A stretch of 64,000 nucleotides of DNA from Octopus vulgaris (taxonomy: Eukaryota), in the NCBI GenBank assembly GCA_951406725.2, contig OX597818.1, positions 120,590,001 through 120,654,000 of the forward strand. Reading direction: 5' to 3'. The notes under the pieces are model-generated. The model was not told where the DNA came from. It saw nothing but the letters and a program-made list of their open reading frames with translations, and did not search any database. A program made the translations under genes and the position numbers. Positions 1 to 44,945 of this stretch are shown here, piece after piece; within the stretch, counting starts at the first letter, position 1, and each line of letters begins with the position of its first letter.

Positions 1-156
1 GTAGAGTGTGATAAGGCTGGCCCTTTGAAATACAGGTATAACTTATTTTCGCCAGCTGAGTGAACTGGAGCAACGTGAATTAAAGTGCCTTGCTCAAGGA
101 CACAATACGTCGCTTTACAATCGAATGCCCTAACCACTAAGCCACGCGACTTCACA
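1..156 (-). mobile_element. tRNA-derived SINE family C (copies 3585-3920 -, 11175-11425 -, 54120-54370 +)
   Basis: GTGGCTTAGTGGTTAGG head and CCTTGAGCAAGGCAC core, repeated. Confidence 0.65.
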
Positions 157-672
157 TTATGATCACAACTTCTCCCTTTACATGTATACGAAGGAAGTAA
201 AGAAGATAGTGTTGTTGTTGTTGTAATTGTTAAGCTCCAGCTAATGGTTAACCAAACGATCAGTACCTAACGTCTGTGACAACATTTAGTTATGAGTTAC
301 TCTTTGAATTCTTCGGATGTGTAAACAAAAATTGTCTGGAGTGTATATTGATATTAATAATAATAAATAGACTTGTCACATTCGTAAAATTTAGCTTTTG
401 TAAAATTATCTTCACCGTTCATACAAGGCGAGATAAAGAAATAAGTTGAAACGGAAATATTTTACAGAAAGTAAAGAATGCAATGATTTATAACTGGCAG
501 AGGCTCTACACACCATTAGGAAGGCACGGTTGATCCTAGTACCTGTGACTTCCGGTGGAATAGGAACTTAGACTGAAAAGGGAAGCAAAGGTATGCAGAC
601 GAAATCTTCCGACTTTCTGATAGTAAATTATTCAATGTAAAATAGAACACAGAAAAATATAATCACTATATA

Positions 673-839
673 GGCGTAGGAGTGGCTGTGTGGTAAGTAG
701 CTTGTTTACCAACCACATGGTTCCGGGTTCAGTCTCACTGCGTGGCACCTTGGGCAAGTGTCTTCTACTATAGCCTCGGGCCGACCAAAGCCTAGTGAGT
801 GGATTTGGTAGACGGAAACTGAAAGAAACCCGTCGTATG

Positions 840-910
<71 letters not shown>

Positions 911-1125
911 ATATGTTTGTGTGTCTGTGTTTGTCCTCCCAGCATCACTTGACAACCGATGCTGGTGTGTTTACGTCCCCGTAACTTATCGATTCGGCAA
1001 AAGAGACCGATAGAATAAGTACTAGGCTTACAAAGAATAAGTCCTGGGGTCGATTTGCTCGACTAAAGGTGGTGCTCCAGCATGGCCACAGTCAAATGAC
1101 TGAAACAAGTAAAAGAGTAAAAGAG
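673..1125 (+). mobile_element. tRNA-derived SINE family B (copies 8638-8815, 9040-9435, 57485-57876 -, 59515-59700 -, 63230-63375 -)
   Basis: A/B-box-like head (GTGGCTGTGTGG...GGTTCAGT), internal TA/TG microsatellite, AAAAGAGT tail, multiple copies. Confidence 0.8.
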
Positions 1126-1470
1126 AAAGAGTACTATGTACATTAGACACCCTGATCTTTGAGCTACGCATCCTGTTGAGTATCCTACAAAGGAAACTCA
1201 TTTTTGTTGCTTATATTTACGATCGTATTCTTTCAGTCACTACCCAACATTCGTGACCAAAGGTGAGAATAGGCAAGGAAACCGATTTGAAGATAGCAAG
1301 TTGCAGTCCGCAAATCTTTCTGAAAATTGACTCACTAAAAAGAGAAATATTTTTTTTTTTAAAAAAGGAGTTTTTAAAGCACTTCCACCAAATCCCTATC
1401 AAACAACAACAACAACAACAACAACAACAATAACAACAACAATAACAAAAACGGCAACAACAGAACTTAC

Positions 1471-30046
<28,576 letters not shown>

Positions 30047-31175
30047 GTTAGCAACTTGTCTCACTATTAACTGAAGTGACAATAAGAATGCGGTCAGAAC
30101 CCGAATATTCCCCCCAGAAATTTAGGCAATGGAATGTTATAAGAAGTAGAACAGATCCCTCTGTTTCAGCCTCTTCTCTTCATAAACAAATACGTAGCAG
30201 ATATTGCTATTTCTGTCACTGCTGACGTTATTGTCAGCTTTTAGCCTCGATATCAGTTAAATAAATGTCCTGCTAAATTTAAACACATTTTTAGTTCTTA
30301 TTCTCACGCACTTTGCTTGCATGTATGTAATATATATATATGCATGTATGTATGTATGTATGTATGTATGTATGTATGTATGTATGTATGTATGTATGTA
30401 TGTATGTATGTATGTATGTATTTATAAAACTGAAATGCGAAAAGTTTGTTTGTATTGTTTGTCTGGAATGGTTTAAAGGCCACTAGATCCCGTCTGGTTG
30501 ACTCCAAAATTTACAGGGACATGTAAAATGAGAGGAGGATGCCCGTGGGCTAGGTTAGAAATCCCTATCTTAGAAGGTGTCGTTGCTAGGGCCAAAAACC
30601 CACTTTGACAAGTCGACTCTCATTCTTTTATGTATCTGTCTTCCTCCCTCATTCACGCTATTTCCTCCCTTCCGGTCTAACTCCCCTTCACTCTCTCTTT
30701 ATAACTTCGTCAAACGGCGTTCTATATCTTGCTGTCTGCATTCATAGAGAGAATTATCATCGCCACATCCACGACACAATCATGAGAACAAATATTATGA
30801 ATCAGATATTTATTGCGTTCATTTATATATGTGTGTGTGTGTTCTATATATAAATATGTATATATAATGTATATATACAAAGTGTATATATCTGTATGTA
30901 TGTATATTAAACTTTTTAATACTTTTTGATAGTTATATATATTTTTAAACAAATTATAAATATAATTTAATAATTTTTATTTTAAATTTAAATAATTTAA
31001 ATTTTTCAATTTTATATTTTATATATTTTCTATATTATATTTTTATGTTTATGTTTTTGTTTTTGGTTTTTCACTGTTTGATTTGCCTATTAGTGGTTTT
31101 ATCTCTAATTTAATTTATACATATATATATATATATATAATTTGTGTACATTTGTATATATAATGCGTGCACACC

Positions 31176-31209
<34 letters not shown>

Positions 31210-31294
31210 CATATATATATATACATATATATATATACATATATATATATACATATATATATATACATATATATATATACATATATATATATAC

Positions 31295-31327
<33 letters not shown>

Positions 31328-32139
31328 ATGTGTGCATTATGTGGTCGGTTGAGCTGAAAATATGCACACCTATGTTAAAAGTGTTGGCAAATTTGCATGA
31401 CAACTATTTTTTCCCTCAAATGAAAGGCGTGACCTCTAGGACAAATTCCTCATCTTATAAAATGTGGCCCCAGTAGACCCGAATGAAATCGGGTTATATT
31501 AACCAAAATGTAAAAAGGGGTCTAAATGGGGCTGAAAGGGGATTAAAATTTAAAGGAGCGGGTGTTTAGGAATTCTCTGTTACATCAAGCTAAAAAATTT
31601 GCACCAGCCTTTTAATCGTCAATGTGTTGCCGTCCACGAGGAAGAAGTTTTGAATGCTTGCCATGGTGAGTGTACTGTCGTGAGAAAGAATCACTTCAAA
31701 ACTTGGTGTTTAGGAATTTTCTTTTGCATCAAGTTCAAAATTTTACGCCAGCCGTTAAACTGTCAATACGTTGCTGTCCGTCGTTAAGAAATGCCAGCCA
31801 TGGTGACTCTACTATCCTCAGATTCTATCCCTTCAAACTTTGGTTTCCAATATTTTATTATTTTTATTCAGCTCGCAAGTTCGTCTGTTCCTTTTAAATG
31901 TTAGTGTTCTGCTGTCTGCCTGGAAGCAGACCTTTCCGTTGCCACTGCCTGATATTTATGATTGATCTTTCTAAATATTTTATTTCTCAACTTACTCAAG
32001 ATCTTTTGTTGTTTATAAATGGGAGAGAGATAGATAAAGATATGGAGTAAGAGAAAGCGAGGGAGAGTTCGAGAGAAAAGAAAAGTAAGAGAGTGGGAAA
32101 GTGAGAGAGAAAGGAGAGAGAAACAAAGAGGGAGAATCA

Positions 32140-32450
32140 TCATCATCATCATCATCGTTTAACGTCTGTTTCCGTGCTAGCACGGGTTGGACAGTTTGAC
32201 CGGGGTCTGGGAAGCCAGGAGGCTGCACCAGGCTCCAGTCTGATCTGGCAGTGTTTCTACAGGTGGATGCCCTTCCTAACGCCAACCACTCTGTGAGTGT
32301 AGTGGGTGCTTTTTTCGTGCCGCCGGCATAGGTGCCAGGGAGGCTGGCAGCGGCCATGATCGATTGGTGCTTTTTACGTGCCACCGGCACAGAAGCCAGT
32401 CAAGGCGGCGCTGCAATCGACCACGTTCGGGTGGTGCTTTTTACGTGCTG
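32140..32450 (-). mobile_element. SINE/LINE-derived repeat with (GAT)n tail
   Basis: GTTGGCGTTAGGAAGGGCATCC motif and ...GACGTTAAACGATGATGAT 3' end on the - strand. Confidence 0.55.
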
Positions 32451-32530
32451 AAAGGAAGCAACAGAAAGTAACAACCACACTCTTACCCGCGCGTAGAGCG
32501 GGTCACCTTTAGCTAGCATATATATATGTA

Positions 32531-32592
<62 letters not shown>

Positions 32593-32625
32593 CATATATA
32601 TATATATATATATGATATATATATG

Positions 32626-32675
<50 letters not shown>

Positions 32676-33255
32676 TGTATGTATGTATGTATGTATGTAT
32701 GTATGTGTGCGTATGTATATATGGTATATACATGTATGGATGTGTGTGCATGTATATATATGGTACATGTCTATGGATGTGTGCATGTGTATTATGCTGA
32801 AATATTTAAAATTATATCTGACATTATCAAATTTTTAAAAGATATAATTGATATTTCAAATATTGGCACAAGGCCAGCAATTTTGACGGGGGTGGCGAAT
32901 GGATAAATCGATTTCTTTGACCTTCAGTCCTGAATTAGTAATAAAAAATTTCGATCCTGACAGGGTGGAAGGCAAAGTCAACCCGGGCGGAATTTGAACT
33001 CAGAACTTAAGGACAGACGAAATGCCACTAAGCATTTTGGACGATATGTTAACACTTCTGTCAGCTCACCACCCTATATACATTAAATATTGAAAGTACT
33101 TTATAATCACAGAAGTCGAAAGTTATGGTTCTTATAGCGTAAGCCATTTTCTGTCTTTGTTTCAGATTAAGAGAGAAAGATTTCGAAAAATATATTATAG
33201 AAGGAAATAGAGGTGTATATACATATGTATATATCTATCTATCTATCTATCTATA

Positions 33256-33333
<78 letters not shown>

Positions 33334-33353
33334 CCTATCTATCTATCTATCTA

Positions 33354-33404
<51 letters not shown>

Positions 33405-33408
<4 letters not shown>

Positions 33409-34030
33409 AAATTAAAAAAGGAAAATACGCACACTTACATAGTTTTAATATAATTTTCAATATATCGACCGGTTTTGCTATCGCTATTCATGATATGTTT
33501 TACTTATTTGAATATATATTTTTTTAAGAATAAATTTTGTCCATGTCGTATGTGATGAAATTCACGAGTGAATGACTTCACAAGTAGACAAATAAAGGGA
33601 GGCAATTGGCTGTCGCTATTATTGTTATTGTTGTGGGTAATGGGTGGGGATTATATATGTGTACAGACAGAGACAAGTTTGAAAAACCTTGTTTAGTAGG
33701 GGATTGTTGTACAGTGATGTAATCGTGAATTGAAATATGTAAAAAGATAAAAGTTGGTTATGCGTGCATATTAGGATGTGTTTTGTATTTTTCAATGAAA
33801 AAGTTTCTATATTTAAACGTTCTAGTTGAGAGATTGCGTCTTTGCACTGGTAGAAACGGTAGACTGTAACATTTGGTTTGATGTTACCTGCACATTTTTC
33901 TATATGTTCACTGGGAGGAATTTGTCTGTATTGCGGGAAACGGATTTGCTCTTTATGTAGAGTGGTTCTCTTTCTCAAGGTCATACTCATTTGTCCAATA
34001 TAGTAGTGTCCGCAACTTGTGCCACTGAGA
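33405..34030 (-). mobile_element. Penelope-like element 3' remnant (GIY-YIG fragment)
   Basis: C..CGHYYIGQMSMTLRKRTTLHKEQIRFPQYRQIP, homologous to 49811-50173; ends in (TA)n. Confidence 0.75.
33462..33496 (-). ncRNA. Degenerate variant hammerhead motif (A3-U8 core, G12A)
   Basis: ATATC-ATGAATA-GC-GATA-GC-AAAA-CCG-GTC-GATAT downstream of the GIY-YIG remnant. Confidence 0.45.
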
Positions 34031-34113
34031 GCCTAATTTATGTAATAATCTGCTCGATTATTTGCTGAATAAGTTTCTTCTTGTTCGATTTTGGAGGAGT
34101 ATTGCATAGTAGT

Positions 34114-34150
<37 letters not shown>

Positions 34151-34156
34151 TGTATT

Positions 34157-35172
34157 ATTACCTCCGCCTTAGCAAAGGTGAAAGTATTCTTTACAGTCGT
34201 GTTTGTTTGTCCGTGGACAAGATATCTTAAGGACCACTGGATGGATTCGGATAAAACTCTCAGAGATTTTTGGCCCCGTTTTTGGCACGAACTGATTAGA
34301 TTTTGGGATCGATCCGGTACCGGACAAGGACTCTGGATTATTTGTTATATTTACTTTACATGAAGTATTACGATTTTACGTTGACTTTCAAGTCTTTCTC
34401 TGATTATCTCCCTTGAAAGCACACTCATGGTTTCCACGTAAGTTATGACGGCATTACTGCTTCCAAAGTTTTATTTTCGTTTCTCTATTATTAATTTTAC
34501 TCGCGTCTCTATCTTAGACGAAACTGATGGATAAAGAAATCAAACTGCATAAATAAACGGAAGCAAAACCGTTCAGAAGTTACATAACACTAACATATTT
34601 AGTAACAATAATAAATTCAATTTATTCTCGACAATTTTTAGTTTTACCAATTTTGAATATATCGCTCCTGTTTAAAACCTCTTACCTACTTGACAATTAC
34701 ATTTCTAGCTTGTCTTGAAAGAAGCTTTATTTCTTGGACTCAGGTTTGTGTGCGCAACGATGTTGCTAAACCTCCGTTAACAGCACCGTATGCAGATCCT
34801 TTCCGTTTTCTTTGACGCACGGAAAAATGTTTCACCATAGAACTCAATGGTCGTAAAGACACTATATCAGTGGATAGACTAAAAAACGCCTTCATAGAGA
34901 AAACTGTTCCCACTGCAGACGACACACACACACAGCATTACAAACACAGCCCGCACACCCACCTTCACATTCCACTGGAATCGATCCGGTATCGGACAAG
35001 GATTCTGGATTATTTTCCCGGTTGTTTTACTTAATTTCTGAGAACGGTCGGGTTCATTTTTAGTACTCCCGCTTGTGAGAACAGTCAAGTTTATTTCAGA
35101 TAGTCTCATTTTAAAAATCATCGGCTAATCGTTGAGAGGACTTTGGCGGAGGATTGCGCTCTCTGAGTGCTC
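34157..35172 (+). mobile_element. Helentron/HINE-like element enclosing a Gypsy integrase C-terminal fragment (about 34740-34910)
   Basis: Subterminal inverted CCTCCGCC/GGCGGAGG, 3' hairpin GCGCTCTCTGAGTGC, GTTT/GTCC microsatellite. The internal + frame PPLTAPYADPF...TISVDRLK resembles a GPY/F domain. Confidence 0.55.
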
Positions 35173-35262
35173 TTGTTATCATCATCATCATCATCATCAT
35201 CATGTTATCCTCCTCCTCCTCCTCCTCCTCCTGATCATCATCATCATCATTATTACTATTAC

Positions 35263-35327
<65 letters not shown>

Positions 35328-38300
35328 TATGTTTGACTTTTGCTTTATATTTGTACAACTTGGCTCCAAGTCTCACCCAGAGACCTCAAGAGACAACAGG
35401 GTTGGAAGTTCATGTTGCTGTTATGCCTAGTGTGCCATATATTTGGTGGGGGGTGTTGTACTAATGAATGTCTAAAAAAAAGTTTTTTTTTTCTTTTTTT
35501 TTTAACCGAAAATTATGTTTGTTTTAAACCTTGAGATTACATAGAAAGTATTTTGCGTAGGATATGAGCAGTTCCCATGAGCACTATCTTTTGAATTTCT
35601 GCCATTTTTGGGTTTCCTGGTATCTGAGTTAGGTAGCTATCAGCCCCTTTCGCTATCATTCCCAGGGCACCTATGACAACAGGTATTGTTTTAGTCTTCA
35701 GCTTCCACATTTTGCTGATTTCTATTTCAAGATCTTTATATTTGCTCAGTTTTTGGTAGGTCTTGACAGATACGTTTATATCGATTGGGACAGTCATATC
35801 AATGAGGAGGCATGTTCTTTGTTTGAAGTCTTTCAATATGATGTCTGGCCTATTTGCATCTATCTTTCTGTCAGTTTGAATGGTGAAGTTCCAGAGGAGT
35901 GAGATGTGGTCATTTTCAAGCACTGGAGGTGGTTTGTGTTCCCTCCAGTTTTTTTCATGGAGCAAATCCAGGTTTTTGCAGATTACCCAGTGAATATATT
36001 GTGCAGCTCTATCGTGCCTGTTGAGATACTCTGTAGGCGCTAGAAGACTGCACTTGGAGACCACATGGTCAATGGTTTCATTTTGTTGCTTGCATACACG
36101 ACACGTTGGACTGCTTCTGATCTTTAATATGTTGGCCTGGTAGTTTCTTGTTGGTAGGCATTGATCTTGAGCTGCTATGATAAACCCCTCTGTTTCAGAT
36201 TTTAAGCCAGAGGCCATTAGCCATTGATGGGTCAGGGCTTTGTCAATATCTGCATTATTCGCTCTCTTTGGGTATTTGCCATAGAGATGTTTTTCTTGCC
36301 ATTTATTATTTAGAATATCTAAGGCCGCAGATTTAGCACGGGTTTTCATGCGCTTAGCTTTTTCTGTGCCTGTTTCTTGTATGTCTATCTCTAATTCCGA
36401 AATTTGTTGTATTCGGAATTCACTTAGATATTCCTTTGCCTGTTTTGTTACTGAGTATGATGCTTTCTTGTTTTCATGTTTTGAGACAAGTTTTAACATC
36501 CAGTCCTCAGACTTTTTCAGGTAGGTGTCTAGGCCAATTGTAGCAATCTTCATTGTTATTGCCAGTTGTAAAAGTCCACGGCCTCCCTCGTTTCTTGGCA
36601 GATAAAGTCGTTCTGTATCTGCCTTAGGGTGGTGCATTCTATGCATTGTCAACAGTTTTCTTATTTTTCTGTCAAGATTACATATTTCAGTAATTGACCA
36701 GTTAACGATATTGAAACTGTAAGTCACGACTGGTATGGCTAATGCATTGATCGCTTCGATCCTGTTTCTTGCATTCAGCTCTGTCTTGAGTATTGCTCTT
36801 ACTCTGCGATAACATTCTCTCCTGATCCTTTTCTTCATCTCTGAATGCCTTATTCCTTCTCCTTCAATTACCCCTAGATACTTGTAGTTCTCTGATGGGT
36901 CTAGTCCTTTTATGACATTCTGATGGTCAAGGTTAACGTTAGATATTTCTGTCATATTTCCTTTGATAAAGGTAGCTTTTGCATATTTATCGAGGCCGAA
37001 TTGCATTCTGATGTCATCACTGAATTGTTTGACAATCGCTAGTAAGCCCTTGAGTTGTTGGTCATTTTTTGCAAAGAGCTTTAAATCATCCATGTAAATG
37101 AGATGATTTATATTTTTATCAAACATTTTATATCCGTACTGCGCGTCATTGAGCAGTTTTGAGAGAGGTATTAAGGTTAAACAAAAGAGGAGCGGTGATA
37201 GTGAGTCACCCTGGAAAATGCCACACGAAATGTGTACATCACCAGCATTTAGAGATTCATTGTCACTGTTCAAAGTTAGTGTGGTTCTCCATGATCTCAT
37301 ACTTACAGACAAAAAGTTTCACAGGGCAGGTGCTATCTTATACATTTCTAGGCATTTATTAATCCAGCTATGTGGTAGGCTATCAAAAGCCTTTTTATAG
37401 TCTATCCAGGCTATTGATAAGTTTTTGTGTCGTTTGTGACAATCTTCTAAGATAATCTTATTGATGAGTAGTTGATCTTTACAACCTTAGGATCCACGTT
37501 TACATCCTTTCTGTTCATTAGGGAATATGCTGCTGTCTGTCAAAAAAACTATAGGTATATTCCGTCAGGACAGATGTTAGTGTTTTATACATAGTTGTTA
37601 AGCAGGTTATGGGTCTATAGTTTTTATGGTTCATTTGTTTCTTCACTTTTTGGAAGCAGGAATGTTAACCCATTAACTAGCCAAGGAGGCATCCTACTAG
37701 GGTGTTGCAAAACATCATTGTAAAGTTCTGTTAGCAGTTCATGGCTCTTTGGGAAGGCATTCAACCAGAAGTTAGGGATTTTATCCTTTCCTGGAGACTT
37801 CCATTTGCTTGACCTCCTGAGAGCAGATCTTATATCTTCTACCTTGACACCCTCCCACTTTTGCTCTTCTAAGGAGTCCAGTTCATTAGATATTCTATCA
37901 ATCCAGGGGCCTTTTCGCTGTGTGTTTTTTCTTCTGCCCAAATTTTATTCCAAAATCCCTGCACTTCTTCTTTTGATGGTACAGACTTTACAGTAACTGT
38001 TGTTTTTCCTATCTTCTCGTAAAAATTTTTGGGGTTATTTTTGAACATGTTGTTGTCCCTGAAGAATCTAATACGCTTTTCATACCTCGCTATGCGGGTA
38101 GCTTTAGCAGATACCTTTTGCTTGATGGTTTCTATGGTGGCATCAATATCAAGTATAGTTTTCATATTATATTTTTTTCATTAGTTTTTGAGTTTTTTTG
38201 CAGGTTTGGTAGTCTTATGAACCTTAAGGTTTTTCAAATATTCAATGTCAGATCTAAATAGTTTAATTTGTTGTTGCAAACGCTCTTGCCAAGAAGGCTT

Positions 38301-39365
38301 TTTGTGGAAATGTTGCCGTTTTCTAATCTTTTCACCACATAGGATCGTTGAGAATTTCGCGGATGCATAGTATAGGTGGTTGAGATCTGTGATATCAACA
38401 TCATTAGCTGAAATTATATCCTTAAGTGCAAGCCGGATTTTACCAATTATTTTCATGTTTTGGTTAGAGTTGCGGATTTTAGGGAGTGTATCACTTTCAT
38501 CCATACTGGTTTCTTTAATTTTCAGCCATTCAATCATGATTTGACTTTTTAGCTCATGTAGTTCTGTCGGGTCAATATTTGTGTGACTTTCTTCATCTAT
38601 TTGATGTTCATCTGTCTTAGTGTTTATATTTGGTTCAGGGAGTATTTCACTTTGCCTATCACTTACGCTAACTCTTTCAATCCTTACTTCGTTTTTATTA
38701 GCTCTGAGCTGGTCTATAATTATTTCCTCTGTATTATCTTCTTTAGCTGCAGCTTCGTTCATTCTATCCGTTACTGCTTGTCTAATTTGATCAATCTCTA
38801 CTTCAGTCAGTAATTTTTTCTTTATAATGTTTCTTCTGACGTTGGCAAGTTTGTTACTGTCTATGTAGGGTCTTACTTCAGGGTGTTTCTGTCTCCAGTT
38901 TATGTAGGTTTGTATAGTGTTCGATTTATCTGTGGGGAAATATATGGCATGGTAGAAGGCCTCAAGAACTTCTTTATTATCTTCCCTAGTCCATTTTTCC
39001 TTCCTTTTCTTTTGAGTGTTTGGTGACGAGCATGGATGGCCATCTGTTGGAATATTCCAGTTGCGGGATACGTCCAGCTCCTGTGTGTCGGGAAGATTTG
39101 ATCCAGTAGCTGATTTTTCAATCAGACTTTGGTTCAATTTTCGGGTACGTGGTCTTTTGTAGTCCGCTCGCCGACCATCGCGGATTGTAGGGTGTTTTGC
39201 TGACATTGAAGCATGACGAGCTTCGACTCTTACATTAAGAGATGGATCTGTCAGTTTAGGATTTTCTGCACGTAAACATTGTTCGTAGTGCAGCTTCTTA
39301 AGGCTAGCAGATCTGTATTCGTCTGTATTTTTTTTGTTGATAGTTTTATCTCCGGACATAGTTTC
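35328..39365 (-). mobile_element. Second near full-length copy of the same R4/Dong-type LINE family
   Basis: ORFs 38181-39359, 37869-38165, 37624-37941 and 35537-37312 closely match the 17843-21860 copy. 3' end abuts (AAT)n. Flanks differ from the other copy. Confidence 0.9.
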
Positions 39366-39485
39366 CCCCCTTTTTTTTTTTTAAGCTTATGAAAGGTTCA
39401 CTCTGCCTGTATTAGTTCGAAAAAATGAGAATAAAATACGAGAAAAAAAAAAAAAAAAGAATTATCATAATCACTGTCATCACTG

Positions 39486-39527
<42 letters not shown>

Positions 39528-40325
39528 ATGACATTGTTTTATGTGTAGTCACAGCGGTAGCTTATTATTCTTATTCTTATTCTTATCACTATCACCATCA
39601 CCACGGTAGAGTGGTCATGTTCTATAAATAGATTCATCAGATGGTGGACAAAGGACATTTTGGGTCAGGGAAAGGTCAAACCTGTTTACTAGTACCAGCG
39701 TTATCTTGAAAAGCAATCCAGCTTTATATATATACCCATACACATATGTATATATATATGTATATTCACACACGCATATTTTCTGATATTCACTCGATGA
39801 TTTTTTTTTTTTAATAAATTTCTGAGTTCATTTGTGTTGTTGCAATAAAAGTTTACGTGTTTACGTGTTTGGGTAATATATTAAAGTTTTTGAGTATTCT
39901 TGAGATGTCCATTTGGAAAAAAAAAAAAGATTTTTGCAAAGGGAAGAATGTTTACATTTTCGAATGCTCAGACATTTTTTCTTTTCTTTTTAAAAGTTAT
40001 GCTGTGATTTACAGTTTTTGTAGTTGTGCAGTGTATATATATTGGTATACGCTTACTTCCATAGTTTTTTATCGTGCATTTAATTGTGTTGTTACAATAA
40101 AAGGCAAAGAAGGGACGGCAGACTGTTCACACAAGATTGGAGATATTTATGATTATAAATTCTATGTTAGGTGTTCGCTTGTATGTGCAAAGCTGTAGAT
40201 ATGTAAGTTCCTTAGCTTATTTTGAGGGAAATTCAAATTACTCACAGAAAACAGTAGATCTTCCAGTTTTTCCGTTGTCACGCTGGGTTGGTCAGAGCAG
40301 CGAAAAACACGTCCTGCTTCTATCT

Positions 40326-42390
<2,065 letters not shown>

Positions 42391-42412
42391 TATTATTATT
42401 ATTATTATAATA

Positions 42413-42466
<54 letters not shown>

Positions 42467-43744
42467 GAAGGCGGCATGGCGCAGAATCGTAAGCGCACCG
42501 GCAAAATGCTTAGCGACCTTTCGTCTGTCTTCACTTTCTGAGTTCAAACTCTGCCGAAGTCGACTTTGTATTTCATCTTTTCGGGGTCGAAAAGATAAGT
42601 ACCATTTGAACACTGGAATCGATGCAACCGACTTACACCTTCCCAGAAATTGATTGCCTTGTGCCAAAGTTTGAAATTATTATTTTTGTTGTTGTTGCTG
42701 TTAAGGTGGCAAGCTGGCAGAATCGTTAGCGCACTGGACGAAATGCTTAGCGATATTTCGCCCGTCACAATGTTCTGAGTTCAAATTCCAGCGAGATCGA
42801 ATTTGCCCTTCATCCTTTCGCGGTCGATAAAATAAGTACAAGTTGGACAATGGAGTCGATGTAATCGACTCATCCCCACCTCCCTTAAGCTGTCCCCGTG
42901 GAAAAAATTGAAATGATTCTTGATGTTGCTGTTGTTTGTTGTTAATATTTTAAGGCAGCGAACTGGCATAATCGTAAGCGTAGCAGAAGTAGTAGTAATA
43001 GTCATATATTCAGCTGTGATATTGAGAATATGAAATTCATTTCGTCTTTTGTTGTAAATGGAAATTGTTCAAGTTTTTACTAATTAAAGTGGCTTGCACT
43101 TTAATCATGAAAGGTCGTTATATTGTGTTGCATACATTTGGGTTTGATTTTCCGCTGTCGTAGACTTCATATACACTTGTGTTGAAATTACAGCAGTCAG
43201 TCAGCGATATCAGAAATTACACACCCAGCCTCATCCACCTAAACAGACATTCAAACAAGCATATGTTAGTGTTTGTGTATGCGTATAGTGTCAATACATT
43301 CTGCATGGCCGCACTTCAATGACAGAAAATGTCAAAAGAATAAATTAAATGATGTTTCCACTAATTGCTAACATAAATGTTTACTTACATTAAACTTCAC
43401 TGTCTGTTTATCATTTGAGTAACATAAAAACTTTTTATAAATTCGCTAAAAGAAAAGAAACCAAGAGTTAAATTGACAAAAACATCGCAGAAGCGTATAC
43501 AAAGATCCTCTCTTTACAAATACAAAAGTGCTCATAATAGTTTATCTTAATTTATTCTCTGCAGCCCTTGGACAATTTAGGATTTACAAATCAAATGTGT
43601 CAAACTTTATTAGCCAAAATATATACAACCATCAAGGGGTGAATATGGAGTGAATAATATCCTGCAAGTTTGCAGTGAGCTTCTTGTCGATCGTCCATAT
43701 GAACTCAGAAGTGTAGAGTTGGCGCTTAGCAAATACCTGCTAAA

Positions 43745-44345
43745 CATTACATGTTTTTGGTAATTTCTGGTGGGGAGGCTTTGGTCTTGTGCTGCAATTA
43801 AAAATCCCTCTGTTTCTGCTTTGAGTCCTGAGCTTCTCAACCATTGCTGGGATCTTTCTTTGTCTATTTCTTTTGCGTTTAGTTTAGTGCAGTATTTACC
43901 ATGAAGGGACTTTTCTTGCCATCGTTTTATCATGGTTCGTTGCTGTTCTATTTTTAGTTTGGATTTCATTTGTTTTATAGCTTTTGTTGTTTCTTCATCA
44001 TCTTCTTCTTCTTCTTCGTGTTTATTAGGTGGTATGATTTCTTGTTTGTATTTGTCAGCTTCCTTAAATACTGAGAACAGTTTTCTGTTTTGCTCGTGTT
44101 TTGCTGTTATCTGGATCAGTTTTCCTTCCTTCTGAAGTATGTATTTTTGCAGTCCTATGGTGGTTATTTTATAGTAGTTTTCCAGCTGTATAAGGCCTCT
44201 ACCACCTTCTATACGTTGTATATATAGTCTTTCTATGTCAGATTTTGGGTGATGCATCCTAGATCCTGTCAGTATTTTTCTTGTTTTCCTATCTATTTTG
44301 GACAGTTCATTTCGTGTCCAGTTAAGGATATTGTAGCTGTAACTA
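43745..44345 (-). mobile_element. Internal fragment of the second R4/Dong-type family
   Basis: MHHPKSDIERLY...AAQDQSLPTRNY nearly identical to 41530-41945 and retains the segment deleted there. Confidence 0.85.
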
Positions 44346-44496
<151 letters not shown>

Positions 44497-44530
44497 AATA
44501 ATAATATTATCATTATTATTATTATTACAA

Positions 44531-44595
<65 letters not shown>

Positions 44596-44626
44596 AATAA
44601 TATTATCATTATTATTATTATTACAA

Positions 44627-44714
<88 letters not shown>

Positions 44715-44734
44715 CATCATTATTATTACCATTA

Positions 44735-44945
44735 GGGCGGTGAGCTGACAGAATCGTTAGCACGCAGGGCGAGATGCTGAACGGTATTTCGTTTGCCGTT
44801 ACCTTCTGAGTTCAAATTCCGCCGAGGTCGACTTTGCCTTTCATCCTTTCGGAGTCGAGAAATTAAGTACCATTTACGTATTGGTGTCGATCTAATCGAC
44901 TGGCCCCCTCCTAAAATATTTATCACCTTGTGCCTAGATTAGAAA
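44735..44945 (+). mobile_element. tRNA-derived SINE family A (GGCGGCGAGCTGGCAGAA...), with 12 or more copies, e.g. 1930-2128, 5877-6060, 8235-8458, 13990-14216, 17610-17818, 27970-28115, 32860-33075, 42468-42900, 48177-48405, 58440-58645, 59872-60095
   Basis: B-box GAGTTCAAATTCC plus conserved TTTCATCCTTTCGGGGTCGATAAA core repeated throughout the window. Confidence 0.85.

Noticed and set aside
30215-30245. TGCTGAC...GTCAGC palindrome upstream of the CYP start as a Maf/CRE-type site
   Set aside because: Short motif with non-canonical spacing and unknown TSS; insufficient evidence.
35328-39365. Inverted LINE copy as part of the segmental duplication
   Set aside because: Flanks differ from the 17843-21860 copy and it lies 5 kb outside the arm; more likely an independent insertion.
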